From: a virus
Taxonomy: Duplodnaviria; Heunggongvirae; Uroviricota; Caudoviricetes
Virus record (IMG/VR): IMGVR_UViG_3300009979_000063
Coordinates: 1 to 64,000 of that record
DNA length: 64,000 nt
Reading direction: 5' to 3' (one strand)
Shown one piece after another: positions 15,934 to 26,290 of the stretch. The position numbers and the translations under genes are program-made. Every line of letters begins with the position of its first letter. Positions within the stretch are counted from its first letter, which is position 1. The notes below the pieces were generated by a model that saw nothing but the letters and a program-made list of their open reading frames with translations, made no database searches and was not told the origin of the DNA.

Positions 15934-18900
15934 TTAGTAGACATTGCTAATATGTTCAGTCCCTTTATAATTGTTGGTCTCTATTACTCTTGTCGCACCC
16001 GGCGACAAAAACTTACTTACCTTGTCTATAGTATTGCTGAAAACTAGGTAGCTGTAAAGGTTTTTGTCGGCATCACTTACAACAACATTCGCAATGCGCT
16101 TGTCATTCTTGGTTGTGCGTTCTGCGTAGTACATGACTCTCCGAAACTCCCCGGTCAAATCACGCAGGTACGGTCTACGAATCCAGTCAATAAGCGGGTC
16201 TTCTTGAAAGTCAACTAACTCATCAACATTGATGGCGCGCATGATTCTATTATCAGCAATAAGCATTATGTACATGCTGCCTTTTTGTATGGTTGTGTCC
16301 TGGTCATCAAAAGCACCGGCCGAACCTGTGCTATCGACCATATCGACTCTTGCCCAACCGTCGCCACGCTTAATTTTCTTAACCATAGCCATAATAACGA
16401 ATGCTCCCTTTTCGGTGAACTCCGATAGGGTTGACATTGATTCACGCATACGACTTGTGACAAGACTATGCTCAAACGCTGGAATACCTAGGTACTCATA
16501 ATAATATTGTTTTTCATCGCCCCGGCGGGGATTGTCCGCAAAGGTGGCTCCCCCAATCAGATTGAGCGATGCCAGCATGCGACTGTTAAGTCCACTGCCC
16601 TTTTCTTTAACCTTCGCTTCTAGTTGCGCGTAATTTTCGAACGGACGGTGTGCAATGATTCTGTTCGCTAGTTTCTCGCTGATGTACTTGACGCCCGATA
16701 AGCCGATACGAATAGCACGTTCTTCAATTGTGTAGAAGACACCGGACTTGTTAACGTGAGGTAGCAGAATCTTGATTCCAAGTCTCTTGCACTCAAGCAT
16801 ATATTCGGTAACAAAGTCATTGTCCGTTTCTCGCATCAGCAGAGCACACATGAATTCTAGTGGATAGTGATACTTTAGCCATGCTGTCTGATAAGAAAGC
16901 AGTGAATAGGCTACCGAGTGAGCCTTATTGAATGCGTAAGCACCAGAGGCTTCAAAACTATTCCATAGCCGCTCCGCTTGCAGCTCGCTTACTTTCTTAC
17001 TTGCTCCCTCAATGAATCTATCTTTGTATTCAGCAATAATTTCGGGGATCTTCTTGCCGACACCTTTACGCACCTTGCTAGCATCAGCCATTGTAAGTCC
17101 TGCTAGATCGATACATAAAAGCATAAGTTGCTCTTGGAACAATACTTCATTGTAGGTACTATTCATAAAGTGATCTACGTCAGGATGAATAGACTTATTC
17201 TTAGCCCGGCCGTTTTTCTTAGCTATGTAGTCTTCACCTATTGCGTTCCAAGCACCAGGCCGAATCAACGCGTTGCTAGCCGCTAAGTCATCAAAGTTCT
17301 TGCAACCCATCTTCATGAGCAACTTAGTATACGGCTGGGCTTCGCATTGGAATACGCCTAGAGTATGACCAGCTTCTAGCATACTGTAGACGTTTGGATC
17401 GTGCGGCAATGTGTCCACATCAATAATCCTGGCATGCCGCTCTTTAATCAACTTGCAGGCCAAATCTATAATAGACAAAGTCTTTAGACCTAGCCAGTCT
17501 TGCTTGATTAGCCCAAGCTTTTCCGCTTCTCTGTAATCTAGACCAACTACTTCTGCTCTACGATCCTGACCGGTAACCTTGCGAGTCTCTACCGTGGCAA
17601 TTTCAGCGATAGGTCTATTCGCAACGATGACGCCGGCAGCGTGCAAGCCATAGCCTTTGATAAGACCGTCTAGTTGTTCTGCTATACGAATAACGTCAGG
17701 GTACTTTAGCCGGAACTCTTTAAGCTCGGGTAGTTTCTTATATTGCGCGAGGATTTCTTCTTCCGCGAAACCATCGACCGCTTTAAGTGCCGCGTTTGAT
17801 TCTGCGTAAGGTACTCCAAGTGCTCTAGCTGAATCCTTGAGTGCTGACTTTCCTTTGTAGTAAGTAATCGTAGTGATTCTTCCAACGTGACCATATTTTC
17901 CTCGTACGTATTCAATGACTTCCTCACGACGGTCGTCAGCGATATCCACATCGATATCAGGCATGTCAGGCCGGTCAGGATCAATAAACCGCTCAAAAAG
18001 TAGATCGAATCTAAGGGGATTAACATTTGTGATTCCTAATGCGTAACAAACTAGCGAGCTTGCCGCGCTTCCTCGTCCTGGTCCAACTCGAATACCTTGC
18101 TTCTTTGCCCATTGAATAGCATCCCCAACCATAAGAATATAGTTCGGAAATCCCTTGCCGTTGATTACGCCTAGCTCACGCTTTGCTCTCGCAATTGCAT
18201 CCGGATTGTCAATCATTCCTAGGCGACGTAGACCGTCCCAGGTTTGCCGCTCTAGTTCCGCTGCACTATCTTCGTGCAATACAGGAAGGGTGCTCAGACC
18301 TTCTTCATACTTGTATCCGGCGATTTTGCTAGCGATTTCCCGCGTATTCGCAAACAGGTCAAGTCTATCTATCCCCTGTTCTTGGTACTGCGCCAATCTA
18401 TGCGTGTACTCGGCTAGATAGATGTCAAGATGCTCAAAAGTCATCTTTCGATCAGGATAGAGATAGTCGAACTTATCTAGCAAGTCCAGCTTAGCCATGT
18501 ACTCTAAATCGGGAGACTTTATTTTGGTCGGATGCGTATTTAGTATAAGAAATGCTTCTTGTAGCTCTTTCTGCATTGGAGTGGCATGATGGCAATCTTC
18601 CGTTGAGACCGGACTGATTCCCAGTTTATCCGCAAGTTCCAAGAGCGTGTGATTGAGCTGTTTCGGATTGTGACTTTGCAGTTCAATATAGTAGTCGTCC
18701 ACAAATCTTTCTTTGAAACGAGCTGCAAGGTTACGCGCGTATTCTTGGTCATCACGATCAAGAATTGCTTTTCCAAGCGCACTTCCCATGCAACCCGATA
18801 GAACGACCAGCCCGTCTCCGTATTCGTCAAGTAATTCCCAATCTATTCTTGGTTTGAAGTAGTAGCCTTCGGACCACGCAAGGCGGGAAAGTTCTTGTAG

Positions 18901-19251
18901 ATTGTGTAACCCAGTGTCATCTTTGGCGATGAGAATAAGATGTGAATACATTCCAAACCCATCAGTGCGCTTTCCCGGAGCCTGTCTATCAAATCTGTCT
19001 GTTTCTGCATAATATGCCTCTAGTCCTAGAGCCGGGGCTAAATTGTTATCTTTAGCTACCCGCTGAAATTCGCGGTGTCCGGCTAGTGTTCCATGCTCTG
19101 TTGTTGCGAGCATAGACATTCCAATTTCTTTTGCCCGGCGCGCATAATCATCCGGGGTCGCCACTCCATCCAAAGGAGAGTAATGCGAATGCGCGTGAAA
19201 GTTTATGTATTCGTCCATGTTGACACTCTTAGGTGTGTGTGATAGCCTCAA
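15934..19251 (-). CDS. dnaE: DNA polymerase III alpha subunit (DnaE-type)
   Basis: N-terminal PHP domain HAHSHYSPLDG, polymerase core, AFNKAHSVAYSLLSYQTAWLKYHYP motif; 1105 aa. Confidence 0.9.
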   Translation of the reverse strand: MRLSHTPKSVNMDEYINFHAHSHYSPLDGVATPDDYARRAKEIGMSMLATTEHGTLAGHREFQRVAKDNNLAPALGLEAYYAETDRFDRQAPGKRTDGFGMYSHLILIAKDDTGLHNLQELSRLAWSEGYYFKPRIDWELLDEYGDGLVVLSGCMGSALGKAILDRDDQEYARNLAARFKERFVDDYYIELQSHNPKQLNHTLLELADKLGISPVSTEDCHHATPMQKELQEAFLILNTHPTKIKSPDLEYMAKLDLLDKFDYLYPDRKMTFEHLDIYLAEYTHRLAQYQEQGIDRLDLFANTREIASKIAGYKYEEGLSTLPVLHEDSAAELERQTWDGLRRLGMIDNPDAIARAKRELGVINGKGFPNYILMVGDAIQWAKKQGIRVGPGRGSAASSLVCYALGITNVNPLRFDLLFERFIDPDRPDMPDIDVDIADDRREEVIEYVRGKYGHVGRITTITYYKGKSALKDSARALGVPYAESNAALKAVDGFAEEEILAQYKKLPELKEFRLKYPDVIRIAEQLDGLIKGYGLHAAGVIVANRPIAEIATVETRKVTGQDRRAEVVGLDYREAEKLGLIKQDWLGLKTLSIIDLACKLIKERHARIIDVDTLPHDPNVYSMLEAGHTLGVFQCEAQPYTKLLMKMGCKNFDDLAASNALIRPGAWNAIGEDYIAKKNGRAKNKSIHPDVDHFMNSTYNEVLFQEQLMLLCIDLAGLTMADASKVRKGVGKKIPEIIAEYKDRFIEGASKKVSELQAERLWNSFEASGAYAFNKAHSVAYSLLSYQTAWLKYHYPLEFMCALLMRETDNDFVTEYMLECKRLGIKILLPHVNKSGVFYTIEERAIRIGLSGVKYISEKLANRIIAHRPFENYAQLEAKVKEKGSGLNSRMLASLNLIGGATFADNPRRGDEKQYYYEYLGIPAFEHSLVTSRMRESMSTLSEFTEKGAFVIMAMVKKIKRGDGWARVDMVDSTGSAGAFDDQDTTIQKGSMYIMLIADNRIMRAINVDELVDFQEDPLIDWIRRPYLRDLTGEFRRVMYYAERTTKNDKRIANVVVSDADKNLYSYLVFSNTIDKVSKFLSPGATRVIETNNYKGTEHISNVY

Positions 19252-19298
19252 TCTGCCTTCAAGCTGCGAGACTGAGGCTGCTAGCCCTGGCTAGCAAG

Positions 19299-19335
19299 AT
19301 AGGGTGCCCGTCATCAACGGGCACCCTATTTTTAT
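19299..19335. terminator. 11-bp stem hairpin (ATAGGGTGCCCG-TCATCAA-CGGGCACCCTAT) with plus-strand T-tract; sits directly after the MTase stop on the minus strand
   Basis: perfect inverted repeat; canonical intrinsic terminator in plus orientation, A-tract/hairpin in minus orientation. Confidence 0.4.
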
Positions 19336-20060
19336 ATTGCCTGCATTAGGTACTTGCCTATGTAGCGTGTATACGCTGCTGGTATAGCTTGAGACAATGG
19401 CTTAGGTGGCATATCGTGCCCCATAATTGTCTTTGCTGCTGGGATTGGAAATTTGACGCCACCGCGTTTAATATTGTGGTACTTCTTGTAACCAATATTA
19501 TCTAGATTGCCGTAAATGCCAGCAATCTTTCGGTCCTTGCATTTACATGTAGGCTGCGGAATGCTCACGCCTGACAACTCAAAAATTCTGTGCCGCTTAA
19601 GCAAATGGTCATTCTGTATTAAATCAAAGTGACTCCCGCATAGCACTAAGTCTTTACGTAGAGGTGAGCCAGGAACATTTTCCATAACCCACGGAAGACC
19701 TGACATTAATAGCTTAGCTCTAGTTGGCTCTACTAAATCCGGGTGATTTTCTCGACTTGCCGCCGGAGTTATCATAGAATAACGTGGGCAAGGAGGGGAA
19801 GCGTGTATTACGTCAAACTGATCGAAATATGCATCTACGAAATCTACTGCGTCATCTTGCACAAATTCAGCGGGATAATATTCGCTGTGATCTACTATAT
19901 CTACACCAGTTACATTAAAGCCTGCATCTATGTAACCTTTTGCTGCTCCCCCTCCCCCACAGAATAAATCTAAGAGTTTAGGTTTACCAGTCAACCGAAT
20001 CGTCATCAGCCGAAGCGTCAGACTTCGGAGATTCGCTTTCAGTAGCGTTGCTGCCCGCAA
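19332..20060 (-). CDS. DNA (cytosine-5)-methyltransferase
   Basis: motif I LDLFCGGGGAAKGY, motif IV ASPPCPRYS (PC catalytic Cys), motif VI ENV. Confidence 0.75.
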   Translation of the reverse strand: MRAATLLKANLRSLTLRLMTIRLTGKPKLLDLFCGGGGAAKGYIDAGFNVTGVDIVDHSEYYPAEFVQDDAVDFVDAYFDQFDVIHASPPCPRYSMITPAASRENHPDLVEPTRAKLLMSGLPWVMENVPGSPLRKDLVLCGSHFDLIQNDHLLKRHRIFELSGVSIPQPTCKCKDRKIAGIYGNLDNIGYKKYHNIKRGGVKFPIPAAKTIMGHDMPPKPLSQAIPAAYTRYIGKYLMQAI

Positions 20061-20670
20061 ACTTTTCCCAAGCTACTTGCTGCTCAGGATAGGCGATATG
20101 ACGAATAACTGTCTCTCGCAAGTCTACGATTGTTTCGCCATCCTTGATCTGCGGCATCTTCTTGCTTGGCAATGCTGACCATTGAGTGTTCCGTCCGGAT
20201 CCAGACTTACTGATGCGCCAGCCTGTATCTGTGATGTTCCCTTCTTCGTCGTAGTATTCTGTAAGCGTATTTACTACGGTTGAGTACGCACTGCGGCTGA
20301 ATACCTTGATCTCGCCATCTTCATCAACTATATTGGCATAAAAATTGGTCTTTTGCTTTAGACCTAGCTCTGGGTCTTCCTGGTTCAATTCGCAGAAGTA
20401 GCAACGTCCTTCTTCTTCCAGAGTGCAGAGAACTCTAAACTTCCAGCCTTCGTTACCGGCCGGGCTGTGCTCTACAGCGAATATTGTGAGACCTTTTTCA
20501 GCATTGTATGCTTCTGACTCTTCGTCAAGCTCCTGCAAGAAGCGAATATTACGAGTCTCATTTGCGCCTGCCTTAAACCACTTGGCGCGGGGGCGATCCA
20601 TTTCCGCCCGGCGTGCAGCCTGTTCCTGCTGCATCTTCTTAATTGCTGCTAAGCCTGATGTTACTGACAT
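19984..20670 (-). CDS. putative ssDNA-binding protein (acidic C-terminal tail ending DDDSVDW)
   Basis: position between primase and MTase; SSB-like acidic/aromatic C-terminus; otherwise no motif. Confidence 0.3.
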   Translation of the reverse strand: MSVTSGLAAIKKMQQEQAARRAEMDRPRAKWFKAGANETRNIRFLQELDEESEAYNAEKGLTIFAVEHSPAGNEGWKFRVLCTLEEEGRCYFCELNQEDPELGLKQKTNFYANIVDEDGEIKVFSRSAYSTVVNTLTEYYDEEGNITDTGWRISKSGSGRNTQWSALPSKKMPQIKDGETIVDLRETVIRHIAYPEQQVAWEKFAGSNATESESPKSDASADDDSVDW

Positions 20671-20737
20671 GTTGTTAGTGTTTTCCTTTTCTATAATTTG
20701 GTCGTTGGCCTACTAGGCTTTGGACTGTTTAATTGTA

Positions 20738-21790
20738 TCATATGTTGCGCAGTATCGGATATAGTTTTTGCTGTTGTTGATATTCGATCTTTGTGACCGC
20801 ATTATCTATAGACCGGCGGATTTCCTGCGCTGTGCAATCGCCAGCATCTTTTTTGCCATCTGGATATGGCTTGCCATCTTCGTACATGGCCCATCGAACG
20901 CGCTTTGACTTGAATATGTCTGCGATCTTTTGACCTAAAGCTCGCCCGGGATTATGGCCTTGGCATTCGCCTTCACATTTACGACAGTTCTCATTATACT
21001 GCGGCTTATCCATGTCGGTCATTATTGTGATGCCCGTGAAATGCCTATTAATTAGTTCACGATGTACGTCAGATATGCCTGAGCCTAATCCAGCTACTAC
21101 GCATGGATAACCAGCTTGATGAATAAGCATGGCGTCTAATGATGACTCGCACCAGATTACATGCTCACCGGCCCGTTTTGCGCGGTGAATATTGAACAGC
21201 GTCTTGGATTTGGGAAGACCCTTGCTGTTCTTGAATTGCTTACCTTCTATACTGCGGCCCACTATTCCTAGCGGATTCCCTTTAAAGTCATGGACCGGAG
21301 TAGTGACCATGTTTCTATATGGATCGTAACCTAGATAGAAGTAATCTTGTGTATGATTGTACAAACCGCGCGAAATCCAATAATCTCTGGCGGTCTGCGA
21401 TTGCTCTAAATTGCTGTGTAGCTTATCTAGTGTCTCTTGAGAAAAGTAGTCGAGTTGCTGGCTGTCGAGTAAATTCGCGACGACCCGTTGAATGTCAACT
21501 GGCTGTTTGTGTCTTGCCATGAGCCGTAGTGCCTGCCAAGGGCTAAGTTCTCCGACGTCTTCCACAAGCTTAGGGAATATCCCTGTGGCGCCACAACTCG
21601 GATTGAAACATTGCCAGACCCCGATGGTTTTGTTAATAGCAAAAGACGGAGTATCGCTGTTAGCATGATACGGGCAGTACGCATATAAATGCGCGTAATC
21701 ATCTTGTCGAACATCTATTCCGATTTCATCGCAGACCGCGCGGATTTGGTCTTCGGTATAGCGCGGGGTATCATCCTGTCGCTTCCCCAT
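20738..21790 (-). CDS. DnaG-type primase (CHC2 zinc finger + Toprim)
   Basis: CPYHANSDTPSFAIN...WQCFNPSC zinc finger; Toprim acidic residues. Confidence 0.8.
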   Translation of the reverse strand: MGKRQDDTPRYTEDQIRAVCDEIGIDVRQDDYAHLYAYCPYHANSDTPSFAINKTIGVWQCFNPSCGATGIFPKLVEDVGELSPWQALRLMARHKQPVDIQRVVANLLDSQQLDYFSQETLDKLHSNLEQSQTARDYWISRGLYNHTQDYFYLGYDPYRNMVTTPVHDFKGNPLGIVGRSIEGKQFKNSKGLPKSKTLFNIHRAKRAGEHVIWCESSLDAMLIHQAGYPCVVAGLGSGISDVHRELINRHFTGITIMTDMDKPQYNENCRKCEGECQGHNPGRALGQKIADIFKSKRVRWAMYEDGKPYPDGKKDAGDCTAQEIRRSIDNAVTKIEYQQQQKLYPILRNI

Positions 21791-22034
21791 CCTTCAATCT
21801 GCTCTGCCTTTCGTTTTCCTACGTAGACTCCATAGATAGTAAGTGTAAATCTGTAGATGTCTCGCTGTTGGTCATAGTCTAACGCTAAATATGGTCCCAG
21901 GTCAAGCACTGGGACAATTCCTTCTACGCGCATGTCTTCCACACATGTACGTTCCAGTTGTATACGTAAACGTGGAATGGCTGCGTCGTCTGCTATCTCC
22001 CCGTAGTGTGTAAACTTCTTTATGGGCCGGTGCA

Positions 22035-23267
22035 TTATATGTCAAATACTTCCTCCACCCGGCCGGTTTCTACGTCCATCTTCAAGTAGAACGCAAAGTC
22101 TGGACCGTGGCGGTTCTTTCTGCACGCGATCTCCGTTGTTGAATCGTCCGGACCATTTCGATACGTATGTACAGAAACAGCCATGTCTGCGTCGAACTCG
22201 ATCTGCTTTGAATTCGCAACGTGATGCAACATCGGAGGATTATCGCGATCTGCCTTCTCTGTCATTGTAGCAGATACGATAGCAAAGATTGGAACGTTGG
22301 CTTGTAGCGCTAACATCTTCAATTCTCTTGATACCGCGCGAACTCGCTCTGTTTCTCCCCCACTGCGCCCGTTGTTCTCCATTAGCTGCAAGTAGTCTAT
22401 GACAACAAAGTCGGGCCTATACTGATCGATCTTTGCTTGCACTACTGCCGGGGTCATTGCACCTTGACCCTCATTGCTAATGATAACGAAGTCACGTTCT
22501 GCTAGTTCTTCCTGTGACCACTCGTTGAATTTCTCTATGTCAATGTTCGCCCGGCTTAAATCTGACATTCGCCAGGTACCAGAACCCATCAGAGTAAATA
22601 TGCGATCACGCATAGACTCTGGCGACATTTCCAGAGAAATAATCATGGGCTTGTAGCCCTTGCGGTATACGTTAATCGCAAGTAGCTCTGAGAAATACGA
22701 TTTTAGATTACCTGGCCAGCCGATGCAGACAATAAAATGTCCACCAGCCATACCTGTCGGATAACTGGCGTCGATCGCGTCGAATCCCGTAGCGATACCA
22801 AGTCGACCATCATTTGCAGAAACGCGCTCTTTGAGAGCTTCATAATGTCTAGCATTGTTTTCTATCTGACTCAGGTTAATATCTTTAACGCCGCTGTTAA
22901 GCTGGGTCAGCTTAGTTAGCTTCTTGGTGGTGGCGTCTAGCATTTGTTTGGTGCTAAGCTTACCGCTTGATAGCGCCTCTGCTATCTTTTCAGCTAATTG
23001 CTCTAAGCCAGTCGAAATACGATAATTGCGTAGTTCTTCTACGCAATACTTTACTTCGGCATCAATGTCTTCGTGCTCAAAATCCGGGTGCCACTTTTCG
23101 ACTAATTGGCTCCCCGGCACGCTGCGGTAACGCATATAATACTTCTTGATATCAAGCCAAATATCAAGATGGGTCTCGAACAAATTATCTATATCTGACG
23201 ATGCTAGAGCACCGCTAATATCTCTTTTAGTAAGTATTGCGTTTAGTAGTTGTGACTCTGAATTCAT
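22035..23267 (-). CDS. dnaB: DnaB-like replicative helicase
   Basis: GIATGFDAID, GWPGNLKS, ISLEMS, VVIDYLQLM motifs of the DnaB C-terminal domain. Confidence 0.85.
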   Translation of the reverse strand: MNSESQLLNAILTKRDISGALASSDIDNLFETHLDIWLDIKKYYMRYRSVPGSQLVEKWHPDFEHEDIDAEVKYCVEELRNYRISTGLEQLAEKIAEALSSGKLSTKQMLDATTKKLTKLTQLNSGVKDINLSQIENNARHYEALKERVSANDGRLGIATGFDAIDASYPTGMAGGHFIVCIGWPGNLKSYFSELLAINVYRKGYKPMIISLEMSPESMRDRIFTLMGSGTWRMSDLSRANIDIEKFNEWSQEELAERDFVIISNEGQGAMTPAVVQAKIDQYRPDFVVIDYLQLMENNGRSGGETERVRAVSRELKMLALQANVPIFAIVSATMTEKADRDNPPMLHHVANSKQIEFDADMAVSVHTYRNGPDDSTTEIACRKNRHGPDFAFYLKMDVETGRVEEVFDI

Positions 23268-24489
23268 CTGTTGCGGTATTCCTCAACCCGTCGCTTAGTC
23301 TCCTCAATCAGAGCCTTTCTACGATCAGCGTCTTTCTCGCGCTCGTCACGCATGTCAGCTAGTTCGTGATACTTTGTGGCAAAGTAGTACCATCCGTGAT
23401 CGTTGTAGTGCTCAAAGAAATATTCGAGCAAGCTCTTTACGTTGTCGAACGACTCAAAACGCAATATTTCTATCAAGTCGTTTTTGATTTGAAGTGCGTT
23501 TATGTGCGGCTTTCGTTCGTATTTCTCTTCAAACAGTATTACATATAGTTGAGCTAAATCTGTTGCATCTTGCGCTAAGAGCTTAAAGTCCTGCTTCGGC
23601 AATTTCGCGCTGCGTTTGTTCAACCTTTCGCTCCAATTGCTTGTCTACAAAAGCATAGACACGATTAAACGCTTGCTCTGCACTTTCGCCTTCGCGGGAA
23701 TCATCTTCTACTGCAATATCAATCTTGATTGACTGATAGTTACCAGCATTAAGAGTCGTCCCCAGTCCCACTCGTATTTTCGCCATCTTCATCCTCCTTT
23801 GTTGGTTTGTCTGGCTTACTAAAACCGAAGCTACCTTTTTTATTTCCTACCGCCTCGTCGTCCAATGCATCTGAATAGTCCATCCACATTTCTGACAATT
23901 GCTTGAGGACTTTAATGCTTGGCTTCTTCTTGCTAATCTCTAAGGCAGAGGCAATATCTAGTAGCGTCAGCGCTTGCTCTACTGCTACCTTTTTATCAAC
24001 CGTGCCATGAATATTAAGTGGAGTATATTCCAGCAGCGGTACGTCTTCTTCGTCCTTCATACTTTCCAAACTTTGATAAAATTTCCGTCGTCATCCTTAA
24101 CATAATAACTGGAATCAGGATGCAATCGGGCAAGAACATCTTGACGACTTGGCAATCGAAAGTTTGCCAACGGCTCGCCATACTTATTCTTCGGAGCGAT
24201 CTCTAGAATCTCGTCGCGCATGCGCAGTATATCGTCCTCAGACCAAAATAAAGCTTTTGGTATCTTGGTCTTCACATCGAAAGTCCGACCAGACGGATAA
24301 GAAACGATGTCTGAGCGAAGCCATCCCCTGATCTGCTCGGGAGGTCGGCTCAGTATGTCCGCAACTTCACTTATCCTATACGCTACTTGCATCCCGCGCA
24401 AGACATCTGCAACGAGGTACCACGAGCGTTTTTGATCCGGGTAGTTCCATGCTACTACAGCTGCCTCCTGAGTTATATGTCTTAGCTTT

Positions 24490-24714
24490 TTATGCAGCTT
24501 GGAATTCAGAAAGAAGAGATTTGGTATCGAACCCCGCAAATCCATACCTCCGTTTCTTCTCCAACATGTTGAAGAAATCCGCTAGCCGATCGGTTCTACG
24601 TATCTCCCAACGCTTACCGCAGCGGATACAAAATAGCTCTATATCGCCATCTTTACACAGTGCACGGTCTAACAGTACCCGTCCATCACATTTTCTACAA
24701 AATAACATAATCAT
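24490..24714 (-). CDS. zinc-ribbon protein (74 aa)
   Basis: CRKC...CIRC four-Cys arrangement. Confidence 0.4.
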   Translation of the reverse strand: MIMLFCRKCDGRVLLDRALCKDGDIELFCIRCGKRWEIRRTDRLADFFNMLEKKRRYGFAGFDTKSLLSEFQAA

Positions 24715-25505
24715 CTTTCACAACTTGCTAGAAAAATTCTGCCATCGTTGCGCAGTAGCAAGCTTTTGTTACTATTTTCGACTTTGAATACCTGTCCTTG
24801 CCAATTGGTTAGATTCCAATGCTGTGCGTAGTTAACTCTTAGTTGGCCTCTAGAGCTAAAGTGGATCATCCAATTGGTGCTAGGATTACTAATCATATTT
24901 GCCGATCGTGCATACTTTACAGCATATCCCGCTCTGTGTCCAATGTCATAACATCTTTCTTTAATGAAATGATTGGATACGAATACCGCGCCAACCCAGC
25001 CTTTTTTTACCTCGCGCTTAATTGTCCATCGCAGGAACTCATGAACCCACAAGTAAGCTTCGTATCCGCAAAAGTCAGTAGTTAGCTCTAGTAGTTCATC
25101 TTCCCATGGACATTCTGTATTGTTTGATGCAGTAGCAGCAAGACGAGCAGAATAAAGAACATCATCTTTTGTTCTTTTCCGCCGGAACGAAAACGGCTCA
25201 AACATAGCATCAGCCACTACGTTTGCAGTGCTCCGCAAATACGCTTTTTGCAATGTAGTACCCCGCCGGTTCATCAACTTGTGATCGGGAGTGGCATAAA
25301 GAGACATGTTAACCACCCGGCAGATATACAACGGCCCATCATAGTCTTGTATTTCTATGTCTACTATTTTGTCGTACTCGCTGCATCTTCTATGCCAGTT
25401 GTACGATACTGTTTGTAGTTCTTTGCCTTCATCCAAAGCCTGGCGGATCTCGTGACAATTCATCCACCCGTCGCGGGTCCAAATGTAACTAAGTTCAGTC
25501 AGCAA
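24711..25505 (-). CDS. hypothetical protein (264 aa)
   Basis: ORF in an operon of small genes; no confident motif. Confidence 0.4.
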   Translation of the reverse strand: MLTELSYIWTRDGWMNCHEIRQALDEGKELQTVSYNWHRRCSEYDKIVDIEIQDYDGPLYICRVVNMSLYATPDHKLMNRRGTTLQKAYLRSTANVVADAMFEPFSFRRKRTKDDVLYSARLAATASNNTECPWEDELLELTTDFCGYEAYLWVHEFLRWTIKREVKKGWVGAVFVSNHFIKERCYDIGHRAGYAVKYARSANMISNPSTNWMIHFSSRGQLRVNYAQHWNLTNWQGQVFKVENSNKSLLLRNDGRIFLASCER

Positions 25506-26290
25506 GTGAATACTTTTCCGTCTATTACGGCTACAAAATCATGAATCGGAATAAGCTGTACATGCGGTTTATCGTTGACAACGTTTGCTATAGCAAAACC
25601 TGGTTGCCAATTATGCGTAGCAGAATATTTCATTTGTGATACGTCACAAAGGTGCCCGATCTCGTACCCTTCCAGATCCTGCGTCAGCTTCATTCCTTGG
25701 TCCGCAAATACTACTGACTTTCTGTAGCTAGCCTGTCTATGTGAATGCCCTCTCAAAAGCGATACATTCCAGTCTTCTACATCTTGCTTCACCGATTGTC
25801 CGCCGTGCTTGCTAATAGCTACACCATGATGAACATGCATGTCACCAAATCTTCGCACCGGCGGATCCTGATAATAGTGAAATATTATGCCATTATTATC
25901 CAGATCGTATAGAAGATTCGGCGTAATTATTCCGTCTAGAGCCTTAGCTTTAGTTCGTATATATTGATCGTGTCTAGTCCAGCCGTGATTTCCATCATGC
26001 CAATGTATATCTGCGCCGGGCGCAGATTGTCTTAGCTTAGCGCTGAACTCTCTTAACAGCTTACTGTCTTCTACTACCTTATGATTGACTTCATCTACCG
26101 AGTCTTTAGCCCATACGCTAGTGCCATCAGCGTTATCAATGTCGCCTGCGATATCTATTGCATCCGGCTTCCACCAATTTATAACGTCAAATAGTAAGCG
26201 TAGGTATCGCTCGCTGTGACAAGGTATATGAATATCAGAAGCTATCAACCACTTGGTCATTAGTAGCCCAATGCCAAGTACGACCACCAT
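25499..26290 (-). CDS. metallophosphoesterase (lambda-phosphatase-like Ser/Thr phosphatase family)
   Basis: DIHIP, GDIDN, GNHGW, GHSH motifs. Confidence 0.7.
   Translation of the reverse strand: MVVVLGIGLLMTKWLIASDIHIPCHSERYLRLLFDVINWWKPDAIDIAGDIDNADGTSVWAKDSVDEVNHKVVEDSKLLREFSAKLRQSAPGADIHWHDGNHGWTRHDQYIRTKAKALDGIITPNLLYDLDNNGIIFHYYQDPPVRRFGDMHVHHGVAISKHGGQSVKQDVEDWNVSLLRGHSHRQASYRKSVVFADQGMKLTQDLEGYEIGHLCDVSQMKYSATHNWQPGFAIANVVNDKPHVQLIPIHDFVAVIDGKVFTC

Noticed and set aside
24711-25505. Possible Hint/intein-like ends (MLTELSYIW... / ...LLLRNDGRIFLASCER) suggesting an intein or split intein
   Set aside because: The flanking metallophosphatase is a complete domain with no interrupted motif. 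Terminal blocks do not match the intein C-terminal HN/Asn consensus. It is treated as an unknown protein.
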